From NCBI RefSeq assembly GCF_018977255.1, contig NW_024704763.1:310001-374000 (forward strand): DNA of 64,000 nucleotides, written 5' to 3'. Source of the DNA: Callorhinchus milii. Its lineage: Eukaryota. The notes beneath the pieces are model-generated. The model worked only from the letters and a program-made list of their open reading frames with translations, did not search any database and had not been told where the DNA came from. The first letter of the stretch is position 1. The number at the start of each line of letters is the position of its first letter. Both the position numbers and the translations under genes were made by a program. Shown piece by piece: positions 1 through 16,212 of the stretch.

Positions 1-20
1 TCTCTCTCTGCCCCTCACAG

Positions 21-3000
21 AGCCGTGGCCCATGGCCGCCCAGTGCTGACCAGCTCGCACAGGTGGCAGGAGGACACAGGGAGAGATGGCAGCTCCTCAC
101 AGCCTGAACCCACAGCAACGGCTCCCGGCTTCAGGTGATCCTTCACACACAGCAAATAATCAAACTCAGCGGAACCTGCAGCGCAAATCCACTGAATGTT
201 GTTGATGAATAAGTGGCTTTCTCGTCTCCAGATTGTTTGCGCTGAGACACTTTGTGCCTGTGTGTGTTACAGTATTCTGCCCCCAATGCCGGGTGAGGAC
301 AGCCCTCTGCGCTGGGGTGGCAGAAAGTACGAAGAGCTGCCCATAGCCCACGTCAAAGCAACGTATAACAAGTAAGCCGCGTCTGAATACATGAGCAGAC
401 GGACGTATAGCTGTGTTGTGACTCCTGACATCTAAACTCTTCCCTGTCTCCCAGCACCCACATCCAGGTGACGAGCCACCAAGGGGAGTATGTGGTGCGC
501 ACTTCCTGTGGAACGGAGGGCTTCAAGAATGCGAAGAAAGGCACCCCGATCGCAGCCCAGACGGCCGGCATCTCAGCAGCAGTGGTACTGAGCCTTTGTT
601 CCCATAGTAAATGTCTCTCTAACGTCAGGTCAAAGAATGGCCAGCTTGGTCTCCGTTTGCTGTGAAGCGTTTTGAGACATTCGCTTGCCGTGACAAGTAT
701 TCTATCAAATTAAGGATTAATATTAAAATGAGCAGGCTGCGTTCTTGCTCAGCAGAGAGCTAAAGTGAGATCTTTTGGTAGTTATCTAAATTCTAAATCA
801 TCTTTCCTTTGATTGGAATCAGGTAAAAAGTAAAGATTTCTGTTGATTATCGGTTACACAAGGGCATCAATTGGGGATCATCACCATAAAGAAAGGTTAC
901 GAGAAATTCTCACCCAGAGGGTTGTGAGAGGACTGAATGTCAGTGCACAAATGGCCACCAAAACCAAGTCCACAACAACAGTTAAAAGGATTGTAAAGAT
1001 ACTTGGAGGAAAATAATATAAAACTTACAGGAAAAGAAGAAATATGAGAGAGCTCCAGTGGGGAGCGAGCACCAGCACAGACCTGTTGGCTTAAATGGTA
1101 TCTTCTGTAACTACGTAATTATTGTCAGATCAGGTCCTGAATTGGGCCTGGGTGTTGATGTGAGCAGGAATGGGGTGAATGGTCTTCCCTGTATTCTGTT
1201 GGTTTGATGCTGTTCTTGCAGTTGTAGGTTTGATTGCAATGAAGCAGTTGCTTTTCATTGCACTGCCCATGATGCTCATCATTCACTGGCAGCCGCTCAC
1301 ACTTGCTGCAACATCCATAATATTTATCTTGCTGCTTTCAACATTTTACCCACAAGTCATAAATTTTCAGTCATAAACTCAGCATTAACCACTTCATCAG
1401 CTGTAGTGTGGCCACAGCACCAATTCTGGTTATTAATAAATGGCCTGAAACACTGATTGTGACACTGACTTGCTGGTAACACTGGCTGTCAGCCCCTGCA
1501 GTGCCTTTAATTCATTGAAAGTTAAAAATCATACCCTCAAAACATAAATATTCCCATCTAAGCCACAGTGTCCTCTCGGCTAGTTGTTTCTGTGCTGCCC
1601 TCGCTCGCTCGCTCACTCACCTACTCACTCACTCACTCACTCACACCCTAGCTTACAGTCTGGCTATCTCTCTGCGCATGTTGATAATAATAATTCTTGC
1701 ATTTGATATAGCGCCTTATAATGTCTTCAAGATGTCTCAAAGCGCTTCACAGGATACGCTGTCAATTGAATTGAATGTATATTTTTGGGGCGAATTGCGC
1801 ACAGCAGTGTCCCAAAAACAGTTGTGGACTGAGTGAGCAAATTATTATTTTATGAAGGGATTATTACTATGGTGTGTTAACTGTTCTCAGAGCACTAACC
1901 AGTGCATAGGGTTCTCTCTACGATTCGGTTGGTAAAGTCGGAGCTGGGATAATACTGAGCCACACACCCAAAAGATTCTCAACTCAACATTCAGCTAAGG
2001 TGATCAATAAGAGGTTGGCTCCGCATCACTAATTAATCATCATATTTCCTTAATATTCATTGCCAAATTTGTGTGAGAGAAATTTGTGCGTCGGCTCCTC
2101 TTGTACTATAATAATAATAATCATCCTTGTATTTGGTCTAGTGCCTTTTCACTTTATCGAGTCATCTCATAGAATTGACTGTAAAATGCATTTTATAGAC
2201 TGTATTTTACAGGGGAACATGACAACCAATTTGCTCACTGCAATGTCCAACAACCAGTCACCAATTTTATTTGGGGGATTGTTGGCCAGGACACCAGGAG
2301 AAGTTCTATTCTTCTTTTGAATCGTGCCATGGGATCTTTAACATCCACCTGAACAGGCACAGACAGGCAGCTCAGTTTAACATTTCATCTGAAGAACAGC
2401 ACCTCCAACAATGGCCTCCAGTGGAGCTTAAGCCCACAACCTCCTGACTGAGACATGAGAGAGCTGCCAACTGAGCCAGGCTGACACCTATAACTGATGC
2501 TTTACCCCTTCATTCAGAATTTCATCCCATTTATCTTTTGCCCACTCACCCCTGGACTCCTCTCACCCTGTGTCTTGGGTAATTGGAGCCTGCTTCACTG
2601 GGAGAAATGCTGTGCTTTCCTCGGACACTGTTTGATCTCAGTGATTTATGAGCTTTCTACAGAGCTCAAGATTAACTGTTTGCAGTTTGCTTTTGGCAGT
2701 TATACACCAGGCAGCCTACCCTGCACCAGCTCCTCACGTGAATGGAAGCCAGTGCTTTGCCTTTAGGCTAAAGGTTAGACTGTTGTCGGGCTCTATGATC
2801 CCATCAGGCCTCTACAGTAACGTCACCTGTTTAGGTTACGTAGCAGCTCTCCCCTGTAATGAAGACACAGCTGATTCTGACGTTCACAGCAGCTGCCTGT
2901 CTGTTAGTGGCAAACACGTGTCTCACACATTTCAGTTGAAATTCATTACATTTGCTGCTCATCCTCCTGGATGTTTTTGCAGCAATACGGCCAAACCTGT

Positions 3001-4236
3001 CTCTAGGGGACTGGGCAAAGTGGCCTTGATATAAGAGTGGCATCTGAGTAAGGGTTTGTGTGTGTGAGGGTGGTGGCCTGAACAGGTTTGTCTGTATTTT
3101 CAGTAGTCGTGGTCAGTTTGATGTGAGTTGTACACGGCAGTGACCAGCAGAGGATGGCATTGCCCTGGTACAGGGAACATGCATGGCTAACAGGCAGTGT
3201 GATTAGATGTTGCTGAGGCTCTCGCTGCTGATCAAAAGGTGGCAGATGTTTGTAATAATACAGCAGCAATCCTGGTGAGGAGGGGAGATGAAAGAGCGAA
3301 CACACAGAAACATTGGAATAAAATGATTTCTCTTTCTGTTTGTCCACAGAAAGCTGCTGTTAAAGGTGTTTCCTTTGTGCGAGTGCAGGTGAAGGGGCTG
3401 GGCCCCGGCCGGACGGTGAGTTATTGACCAGGGCTGGTCCCCTCCTGGCTGCAGGTTTGGTTTAGTTGCTGCTGCAGCAACAGCCTTTGGATCTCATCGG
3501 CTGAATATGGTGCATTGTGTGGTTCCCACGTGGCCCTGTGTCTACACCACTGAGCAATGCTCAACAATGAGAACAGTTTCTGTGGCGCTTGTGATCTGAT
3601 TGGATGATATTGACTTCAGTTAAAGTTGAGCAATGACATGACTACAGATCACAAACTTGTATTTACACCGGACCTTCACGCGGGGTAGCGACTCGGCGCA
3701 CTGAACGTTTCGCCAAATCAAACTTAGATTCTTGTGTTTCTTACAATCTTTGTTTTATTCTGGGTTATTGATTGTTTTTTCAGCACTAAGCTTTTCTGGT
3801 GCTCAGTTAGTTTGTACGGGTTAATCTGCAACTGGTGCGCTGCTGAGTTTCAATGGAAACCACATAACAGTTAGATATCGGCCCACAGTGAGTGAGTGAG
3901 TGAGGCTCAGGAGAGTTGAAGCTGTGAGTCTGAATGCTCTCTGGTCCTCACCCACATGTGGAGCTGGGCATTGAGGGGTAGTGGGTACTCTGGCTGTGGG
4001 GAGAAGATTGGAACGAGTATCTGACCTACTTGTGTTTGATTGCGTAGCCGCTGCTGCTGGCATTGTGAAAGCATGATTTTATACGATCAGCATCATTGTG
4101 CTTTGTCTTGGTTTGTTTTCTGTTGCAGTCTGCCATCAAAGGTCTTGCGATGGGTGGCCTGCAGGTTGTTTCAATCACAGACAACACTCCCATACCTCAC
4201 AACGGCTGTCGACCACGCAAGGTCCGCAGGATGTGA
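21..4236 (+). CDS. MRPS11: Mitochondrial ribosomal protein S11 (uS11m), 5'-partial; exons 21-134, 273-371, 455-584, 3350-3415, 4129-4236
   Basis: Spliced translation ...[39 protein letters not shown]...[84 protein letters not shown] carries the uS11 signature. All introns are GT-AG. First coding exon lies upstream of the window. Confidence 0.96.
2200..2490 (-). mobile_element. Deu-domain-type SINE remnant (SacSINE/AmnSINE-like)
   Basis: GCCATGGGATCTTTAACATCCACCTGAACAGG...GTTTAACATTTCATCTGAAG..CAGCACCTCC core. Related copies near 15100-15270, 37290-37460, 44480-44700, 47830-48150, 56490-56640 and 56790-56930. Family assignment is from memory. Confidence 0.65.
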
Positions 4237-4338
4237 GGCGGTTCCTCACCCCCTCAGCTAAACACTGACTACGTCACACAGAGACAGCGGCTTCTGCTCT
4301 AACGTTCCCGTGTAAATCTGTCTCAGAGTGTACACAAC

Positions 4339-4344
4339 AATAAA
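4339..4344 (+). terminator. Probable MRPS11 polyadenylation signal AATAAA
   Basis: First AATAAA, about 100 nt after the stop codon. Confidence 0.6.
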
Positions 4345-7204
4345 ACCTGACTGTCTACTGGGTACAGCATCTATTAATGTAGCGCCTTTCACACCGAACA
4401 TCTCAAACTGCGTGACAAGTCTAGTAGTGAGTGAGCAGGAAATGGGACATTTAAGGATGTGGCTGACCAAAGGTCAAGTGAAAGTGAGGTTTTTTGGAAG
4501 GTTTTGAAGACAGAGAGCGAGTGGTTTTAGAGGGATACCAATGAGCTCTCTCATCTCAGAGCAAATCCTACAGTCTTTATGTGGCTTCCGAGGACAGTTC
4601 CCTTTCAGATCTTACTGAGAATGAAGAGTAAAATGTGACAAGTGATGCCGGTTTCAAATGACGAGGGTTAAAATCAGGTTAGTGTACATTTGCTTGTAGA
4701 GTCCCCACTCGCCTGTGGCGTGTGTGTGCCTGTGATGTGCTGATGTCTAGTCCCTTTCTCAGTGTGGTATAAACAATACAGCCAGCTAAATCAGCATCCT
4801 TCTAATTCGTTCACGCGTTGATTATTTTTCATCAAAATACCTTTCATTTTAATTGGAGCATTATCCCGACGAGTGCCAAGATTTAATACAGTCCAGTAAA
4901 CTCCAAACATACTGCAAAACCTGCACCGATAAAAGTCATTAATGGACATTACTCACACATTCTAAATCAGTATCAGCCACTGATTTCCATAATAAAAGAG
5001 ATTAGTTGCCATTTCAGTGAGGTGGGGGACAGCAGGGTGGCCAGTTAACCTCCCAACATTACCCAATAAATATTAGTTCAGATGCACCACTGATACAGCC
5101 AGATTCTGAACACTTCACAGGAGATTAAACTAAATGAATTGTGTCTGTTCTACAGCAGTGTATCGTGCTATTTTCCTGACTGCGTTATTTTAAATTTACA
5201 ATAAATTATCTTTCAGTCTGAAATGTTATTTGCTGCACCGGATTCTCACCCTCACATACAAATCTGCCCACGCCCTCGCACCCCCCCCCCCCCACCCACC
5301 CACTCTGTAATCTCTAGCTTTGTTCTTCTGCTCAGCAAACTCAGGCCACTGCGCATTCCCCATCATCAACAGCCGTGGCCTCAGCCGGTTCACTTTCTAG
5401 AACTGCCTCCCTCAACCCCTCTTTTCAAAAATCTCTCTTCCCCCCCCCCTCCCAGATTGGTGTCTGGCACAATGTCTATCCTCTGAGACGTTGTTCCAAG
5501 TTAAGGTGCTGCATAAATGCAAGTTATTGTTGATTCTTCATTTTTAAATGTTTGCTAAATTATCGAGAATAAACTTGCTGATGCTCACAATGAGGCTTTG
5601 TACTTAGGGACGTCCTCCCGACGTGAAAGGGGCTCTATAAATACAATCTTGTTGTTGTTGTACTTGTATCTAGTGCCAACTTAATTATCATTCTATAGTA
5701 ATCTCTACTGACAATCTTGTCGTTAAAGAACAAGTGCAAATCAGTTAAAATACGTTGTTGTGCTCAGTGCAACTGCTGATATTTAATCCATCGTGTCACA
5801 CCTTGTGTCACACCTCGTGTTACCCTCTGGCATGGGAAGCCCCCCCATAAAACAGCTGTAACAGTAGACTCCAGTCACAGGCTCTCTGTCTTGTTCTCTC
5901 TATCCCCCCCTACACACACAGTACTGAGAGGGGTACTCACAGCCCTCATTGTTCTATAAACAGTATTCATACAGCAAAATAACCAATTCATATTCCTACA
6001 ATTGTATTTTGAACAGTATGGTATTTACTGCATGTTATTCAGCCATAAATGGCAGTTCATTTGGAAAGGATTGTAATTAGCTGCTCGCAGACAGGTCGAG
6101 GCTGCCCCTCGCTGCTTGTTACTCCACTATCCTGACAAACCAGAGACCCTTCAGCCCACATGTGTCAGAGGACAGGAAACAGCACAAAGTGAGGACAGAC
6201 AACAAAGAGCACTACAGCCTTTGATGCAGCATCACAATTCGCTGCCAATTGTAGGGCCTTTTTCAGTTCATTAGCCGGGTCCTTCTCAGGTACACTGGAG
6301 TAGTTTCTGTAAGTGGTGAAGGTTCTCTACAAGACAACCAGTGAACCCACTGGAGAATTCACTTGATCTTCAAGCTCTTAATGCATTTCCAGCCTGCGTT
6401 TCACAGGGACAACATCACCACATACATTTGTTATTTTGTTTAAAATGTTGGTATATTTTGTACTTGTAAAGATTTACCTAATGCTAATCAAACTGTCCTG
6501 CACACAGCAATCACCTCCAACTTCTACACCTCGTGTCTGGACTGCCTTTCCCGTTACACGTTCCATGTTTCCTGCTCCCATTAGCTGAGAAGGAAACAGC
6601 TTCGCACACTTACACACCTCCTCCACTTCCACTTCACACATCTCCTTGGATCTTTGAACTTGACAAAACAGAAAAAATCTCAATATTTGGGCGAAATTAC
6701 ACAAGAGCATAAGAAATGCTAGACGAAAAAAGACCAAGGTCCATCTAGTTCGCCTTCCACCTTCCTGGTGGTCGCATGCACATATGTCCCAAACTCCTTA
6801 TGTGATATATCCCATAAATTACCAGATTGACACAATGTAAATGATGACAAAGTTGGGATAAATTCACACGTAAACGGGTGTCAAATGGCTTGGGCCTCAC
6901 AGCCTCCACAGAAAAGTCACTTTAAAACCAGGTATATTTAATTTGTAAAAATTTAAAAGGCAGCAACACAGAATTCGTCAAAAAATTCCATTGTAACATC
7001 TTCATAATGAAATCAAACTTTCCACAATAATTCATGTCACAAATGAAATGGAAACTCAGTATCATAGTTATACAGTAGACAGGGCTGTTAACAGTCACAC
7101 CATCAGCAGGCAGAGTGGTCAACGCTGGAAGGAGAATCACCCCAGCCATTCCCATTCCCAGGTTACAATGAGTTTTCCAAGTGGGAACCTGGGAATGATG
7201 CCGA

Positions 7205-7210
7205 TTTATT
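7205..7210 (-). terminator. Probable DET1 polyadenylation signal (AATAAA on minus strand)
   Basis: TTTATT on + strand about 300 nt beyond the DET1 stop. Confidence 0.45.
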
Positions 7211-7515
7211 GCAGTGTCCATTTCTTACTCATCAGTTAACCCTTGAAAATAGCCAAATGTTGATCTGGTTACAACACAAATGAAATGCAATGGCCAGTCC
7301 TTTACATGGAGATATTTCCAACACAACATACAGCAGGTTTCTGTTTCAGGATCACACATGATCTACACTTGTGCATTGCCTCACTCAGCAGAAGAGGTGT
7401 GAAGGTTAATGTGAAGATATTAAATGTCCCTGACAAAGTGTTGCCACATTTCACCAACTTTGTGGTATTTTCTGAAAAGAGTTTCTTGGTTCTCATGGGG
7501 CTGCAGCACAGGGGT

Positions 7516-10317
<2,802 letters not shown>

Positions 10318-10659
10318 CCTCGTCCATCACCACGTCCACATCTCAGCCCTGACAGACACGGACACACAGTGACACACGGCCACACACCCCTCCCTCTCAC
10401 TGCCCCTCAACAACAGTAATCACTGGGAAAGCCTCAACACCTCGGAACAACGTCTCTAAACACTTCNNNNNNNNNNNNNNNNNNNNNNNNNNNNNNNNNN
10501 NNNNNNNNNNNNNNNNNNNNNNNNNNNNNNNNNNNNNNNNNNNNNNNNNNNNNNNNNNNNNNNNNNNNNNNNNNNNNNNNNNNNNNNNNNNNNNNNNNNN
10601 NNNNNNNNNNNNNNNNNNNNNNNNNNNNNNNNNNNNNNNNNNNNNNNNNNNNNNNNNNT

Positions 10660-11690
10660 TTCCCAATCCCGGTCCCCCCCCCCGGGCCCCGGTGTGTCCC
10701 CCAGTCGTCGTCCCCCCAGTCCCCCACCCCCCCCCCGCCCCCCCCGGTCCCCCCCCCAGTCCCCGGTCCCCCCCCCCCCCCCAGTCCCCCCCTCCCCCGG
10801 TCCCCGGTCCCCCCTCCCCCGCCCTCCCCCCCCCCCCCGGTCCCCCCCCCGGGCCCCGGTCCCCCGGTCCTCCCCCCCCGGTCCCCCCCCCCCCCGGGCC
10901 CCGGGACTGACCGTTTCTCTCCCCGGGGGTCAAGGCCGCCGCCAACCCACACTGCACCGCGCGGCCAACACAGCGCCACCAACAGCCCCCGGAGAGAACA
11001 GCAGCTCCTGCCTCACCCCCTCACACACCCCCTCACACACCCTGACACACCCCCTCACACACCCCCTCACACACCCCCTCATACACCCCCTCACACACTC
11101 CCTCACACACCCCCCTCACACACCCCCTGACACAACCCCTCACACACCCCTGACACACCCCCTCTCACACCCCCTGACACACTCTCACACCCCCTGACAC
11201 ACCCCCTCACACACCCCCTGACACAACCCNNNNNNNNNNNNNNNNNNNNNNNNNNNNNNNNNNNNNNNNNNNNNNNNNNNNNNNNNNNNNNNNNNNNNNN
11301 NNNNNNNNNNNNNNNNNNNNNNNNNNNNNNNNNNNNNNNNNNNNNNNNNNNNNNNNNNNNNNNNNNNNNNNNNNNNNNNNNNNNNNNNNNNNNNNNNNNN
11401 NNNNNNNNNNNNNNNNNNNNNNNNNNNNNNNNNNNNNNNNNNNNNNNNNNNNNNNNNNNNNNNNNNNNNNNNNNNNNNNNNNNNNNNNNNNNNNNNNNNN
11501 NNNNNNNNNNNTCACACACCCCCTCACACACCCTGACACACCCCCTCACACACCCTGACACACCCCCTCACACCCCCTGACACACACCCTCACACACACC
11601 CTGACACACCCCCTCACACACCCCCTCACACACCCCCTGACACACCCTGACACACACCCTCACACCCCCCCTGACACACTCACCCACTCA
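10660..11690. repeat. C-rich low-complexity tracts: (CCCCGGT)-like 10660-10900 and (CCCCTCACACA)n 11010-11690, with assembly gaps
   Basis: Directly visible; N runs at 10467-10658 and 11230-11511. Confidence 0.9.
10912..10990 (-). promoter_or_regulatory. DET1: Putative non-coding exon 1 / CpG-rich promoter of DET1
   Basis: Unique CpG-rich patch between two C-rich repeats, with minus-strand donor AACG|GTCAGT at 10911/10912. Exon-2 acceptor TGTCAG| at 10349/10348. Upstream boundary is approximate. Confidence 0.55.
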
Positions 11691-13559
11691 CACGGCCACA
11701 GTGAGTGACCGGTTGATAGTCTGCTCACATCTTTGTCTGTGTGGGGGTGAGAGTGGGCGACATTCACTGCATGAAAACCGTCCCTTCTGCTCTGCAGCGA
11801 CGTGAGTTGTAACCCGGAATGGCATTCCCAGGCGCGGGTTTGGAGACTCCTAACCAGGCGTTGGGTTTCCTTGTGTGTCCGACGCCAAATCCAAGTCCCC
11901 GTGGAGTCTCGCAGCCCAGTCTGTGACCGTGGCTCCGGCTTATAATAATAATAATAATAATAATAATAATCCTTGCATTTGATATAGCGCTGTTCACGTC
12001 GGGAGGACGTCCCAAAGCGCTTCACAGAACACACTGTAAAGTGAATTGACTATATTTGTGGGCGAACGCGGCAGTCAATTGCGCACAGCAATGTCCCACA
12101 AACAGTCGTAGATTGAAAATGAACAATTTTTATTATTGTTTTTGGTTTTGGAGGGATTATTTTGTGTCCCCTTCGCTCGGGGGAGAGAGGGTCCTGCTCG
12201 TCCTGTGAAACCGTGTCTCCCCATCTCCCCCCCCCCCACCCCCCCCCCACTCCCTCACACGCGTGGAGGGGGAGAATTATCTTACTTTAACAGGATTCCT
12301 GCCCGTTCCTGTCGATGTTATTCAGAATTGTTTTGTTAAAAAATGTGGTGATATTGTAAGAATAAATAGTGAGAGTGGGAAGAAAGTGTGGAGCAAGATT
12401 TGTACCCAGAAGCCTCCCCGCGCGGCTTTGGTGGCACAGTAAAGTGTTAAATATTCCTGTTACAGGGTTAAACATGCCGTATTTTTAGCATTGATTCAAC
12501 AATAACCATTTCTGTTCAGTCTCCAAGGTAACAACATAAACCTTTTCTTTATTAAATAACAGCTCTGCTCTCATTTGCTTTGTTTCCTCTGGTCCTCGTG
12601 CGCCTGTCTCCCTTCTGCCTCCTCCTCCTCCTCCTCCACTCACATCGCTTTTCAATCCCACTCACTGGTTTGATAGTTATCTGCATAAACAGATTATCGC
12701 TGCACAATGATGGCCAGTGTCTCCTCTAGACCTGCCGGGCTGTAGGAGCTGAGGTCACCTGATAGCCAGGCTCCCCGTCTGCACCGAGTAAAGGTTAGTC
12801 TGGATGCATTCTGCCATCAGCTCCGAGCTGTAATTATCACTGTGTGCTTTCTAGTTTACCTCAGACACCGTTTCACTAACTTGATCCTTCCTCTTGTACA
12901 AGCGCATGTCCTGTTTCTAATTACGGACAAATATCTGTCTGGGAGCCGGTCTCTTTGTTAAGGTTCCTTGTGTAGTGTGTGCTTCACTCTCTTTCTGTCA
13001 GCTCATCATCAAGTCATCATCATCACCCAAACCCATGGATGAGGGACACTGGGCAGATGGGTTGGACTGAAATGTCCAGGTAAGAAAATACAACTTAGGA
13101 TAAGGCTGTACTTGTTGTTGGAGAGGGAGTGGGGGGGGGATTAATGCTGTTCACACATCTCAGCCCTGCCAGGGTAAGGGGGTTGGGGGGAGAGAACTCT
13201 TGTCTTTGCGAGAAGATGGAATAACATCTAACAAGCGCTGTAACCTCACCCGAGGCTGGCACTAAGCTCCTTCCAGGGCCCTTACGCCAGCATCCCATAA
13301 TATGCAACATCCCATAATACTCAACATCCCATAATTTCCGCGATATGGGTGAGGACAGTGAGCTTCATGACACTTGAGTTCTGCCCACTAACATCTATTT
13401 GCTTTTGGTGCTTCTGAAGGAAAAATCAATGTAACCTTTTGTGTATTTTCTGACCATTTGTAAAACATTCTCAACTTTACGCCCAAAATGTCACCACGAC
13501 TAAACCCAGTCAGTTACTGACATTCTCTGACAATGGCACCAAACTGGAAGAAGGATGGA

Positions 13560-14290
13560 AATGTGATGTGATTCAGACTTGAAGAAGGCTGGGATGTGGG
13601 CAGAAAGGTGGCGGCTGATGTTTAATAAAGTAAAGCTATATCAGCAGCAAATGTCGGGTGATGTGGGTCAGGAACTGGATGTAAAACTTGAGTGTGTGGG
13701 GTGGGGCGGAGTGCTGGATGTAAAACCGTGTGTATGTGTGTGTGTGTGTGTGGGGTGGGGTGGAGGGAGGGAGAGAGTACTGGATGCAAAGCCTCGTTGT
13801 GTGTATGTGTGAATGTTAGTGTTTAGCTCAGAGGGTAATCTATTGAGATGATTTTGAATTGTATGAGGTTTTGTTCAGACCACACCTGGAGCATTGAGTG
13901 CTGTTTCACTCTCTAGTTCAGGAACAATGTTCAGTTATTGCAGCTAGTGAGCGCAGGCTGACTCTAGAAATTCTAGAATTTACTTACTTGGCCTCCCTGG
14001 AGCTCTTCTCTTACACAGATCTGAGGAGAGACTTGACCGAGATGTATGACCATCAGGAAGGGTTTGATAAAATTTTATAAATCCTCTCTGCTTTCTGAAT
14101 GTGCAGAATCATGATTGTGCAAAGTGACTGGGCAGCGCATGAGTGGGACAAGGAACTAAAGGGGTTTAGAGAAACCAGACAATTACTGGACATTAATAGG
14201 ATTCAAGGATATGAGAGAAACTTCTCCCTTGAGCTGTCATGGGGACTGTCCATGGAACAGACAATAGACCTGTTACTGTCCGAGGGGGCA
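13560..14290 (+). mobile_element. Highly decayed CR1-clade LINE 3' portion
   Basis: Remnant peptides WAERWRLMFN, VQTTPGA/RPHLE-like and LRRDLTEMY. Other CR1-like ends near 880-1110, 40470-40680, 49120-49230 and 50490-50650. Confidence 0.55.
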
Positions 14291-16034
14291 CAGGGATGTG
14301 TTACTGATGGATCAAGTCTACACAAAGTGTATCATTCTCTACCTCTATCTTGTGTGTTTGACATAAATACCCCATATCATGCTCCTTGCTTGCCCTGGAA
14401 GCAGTGGGCCTCAGGGGTAGGGGGCAAGCGCTCTGGGACGTTACCCTGTGTGTGGAGCACTACATAAATACAAGTTGTTGTTGTTGATGGCCTGTATCTG
14501 AGCTGGCTCCGGTCTCCTGCCTCCAATTGTCATGTACAGAATTTGGGATTGAATTATTCATCCTGATGTGGGAAAGCGAGCGGGCGGTGCTCACAGGCTG
14601 TGAGGTATAGAAAGGTGTGTTGCCTGGCAAAACCACTTGTTACTATGGTTTCCTGTCCATCGACCTCTGGCTGCTGGAAATTCACAGGATGTTGTGAATG
14701 ACTCATCTGACACGCTCCCTGTCTCTGGCTTGCTCTCGCCAGCCTCACACCACAGGGTTAACCCTTCACTGGTGAGAGCAGCGCTGAATGTCAGCAATGA
14801 CGTCAGGTGAGTTCAGGTGAGCTCTGAGACAGTGTCTGGCGTGGAAGGCGCTATATAAATCCAAGTTGTTGTTGTTGAGTGTAACGCCAGGAGCAGTGAT
14901 GCTCAAAAGGGCCACATTAAAACCCGTATCTAAAAACAGGACTCAAACTAAACCTTCAAACACCTGAACATATTATACTTGCTTATCACCTGCTCGGCTG
15001 CACAATGCCGGAGCCTGTGACGTTGCGTGAATAAATTGCCATCAGTCAGCCCCACAGTATGTACAAAGCTGATGCTCCAGGTCAGCGCTGGGGGAGAGGC
15101 TTCATTGTCAGTGGTGCCATCCTTCAGATGAGATGTTAAACCGAGGTCCTGTCTGTGTGTTCAGGCAGATGTTCCAAAATCTAAGCCGCTATGGGAAAGA
15201 GGGGAATTTCTCCTGGTGTCTCAGCTGTTTGTTCACACTATGACTGTGGGATGTGGCTGTAGGTAAATGGGTGGTTGACCTGAGGTGTTATGAACACAGT
15301 GACTCCATCTCACGCCCCCTCCCCACACACTGACACCCCCTGCCCATACACTGGTGGCGAGGGCTGGGTTGGGGGCTGTAAGCTCGGAGCGATGGTGTGT
15401 GACTGACAGTAAGTGGCAGTAACCTGGGAATTATGTGATTTGAATTCAACTCGTTTCCAAATGTCAGACACATCCGGATTGATCCTTCCTTCATTAACGC
15501 AAGGCTGCTAATCCATCCCTGTTAGCCGTGGCTTTTAATATATTCATTTACATTTAATTCATAGCGGGGAGACCGAGTCGGGGCTGCGGCTCAGCTGTGG
15601 AGAGACAGAGAGTATCTGAGATGTTCCCGTGTGCAGCGCAGCGCTAACGCTCAACACAGTCCAACACGTGGCACCGGTTCTGTCGGTGTTCAGTGGAGCT
15701 GAGGTGACTGTTGGTGACTGTGCCCCGGGGTCTGACCCACACGGAAACCTGTCACACAGTGCGTGAGTGCTCCCAAACCGGACTGACAGCTCCACGTGTG
15801 ATTGCCGGCGGTGTTTGGGATGGAATGTCTGTCTCCGGAGAGTCACAGCCGCGTCCGGTGCTGACACCGACCGCGCACTCACTCGGCCACGGGACCGCGG
15901 GGTCGCTGGACAGGCGAGAGGGCAATGGTTTCACGGTGTCACCACAGCCTGTGGTGGCTGTGTCTCGGAGGGCTGCAAGGCGAAGGATCCCAGGTCAGCG
16001 GTTCAGTCACTATGGCTGCTGTGATGACTGATGT

Positions 16035-16112
16035 CTGGCTCAGTGTGGAAGACTAGTGATTTTGTTGTATAATGAAAACTGAACAACAAATCGCAGTCTT
16101 CCTCATGGATCC
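16035..16112 (+). ncRNA. MIR7-2: microRNA miR-7 precursor (likely mir-7-2 orthologue); mature 5p 16046-16068, 3p arm about 16084-16105
   Basis: Exact mature miR-7 TGGAAGACTAGTGATTTTGTTGT, followed by the complementary arm CAACAAATCGCAGTCTTCCTCA. Position upstream of DET1 matches human MIR7-2 (recalled). Confidence 0.95.
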
Positions 16113-16212
16113 CGACACGTTCACCCGGTCAACACCCGGAGGAACATTCTCCCCGCGATCATCCCATCCCACACAATGCTTCTAACTCGTTCTTTCCCAG
16201 AACCTCACCTTG

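Noticed and set aside
770-795. TCTTTTGGTAGTTATCTAAA resembling miR-9
   Set aside because: Does not match mature miR-9 (TCTTTGGTTATCTAGCTGTATGA) and has no complementary arm; I saw no miR-9 in the window.
10968-10990. CTCF-like GCTGTTGGTGGCGCTG near the DET1 promoter
   Set aside because: Only the 3' half of the core matches and there is no upstream motif; too weak to call.
11700-16000. AEN/ISG20 or another coding gene between DET1 and KIF7
   Set aside because: No DEDDh exonuclease motifs or coherent exon chain; only repeats and non-coding sequence.
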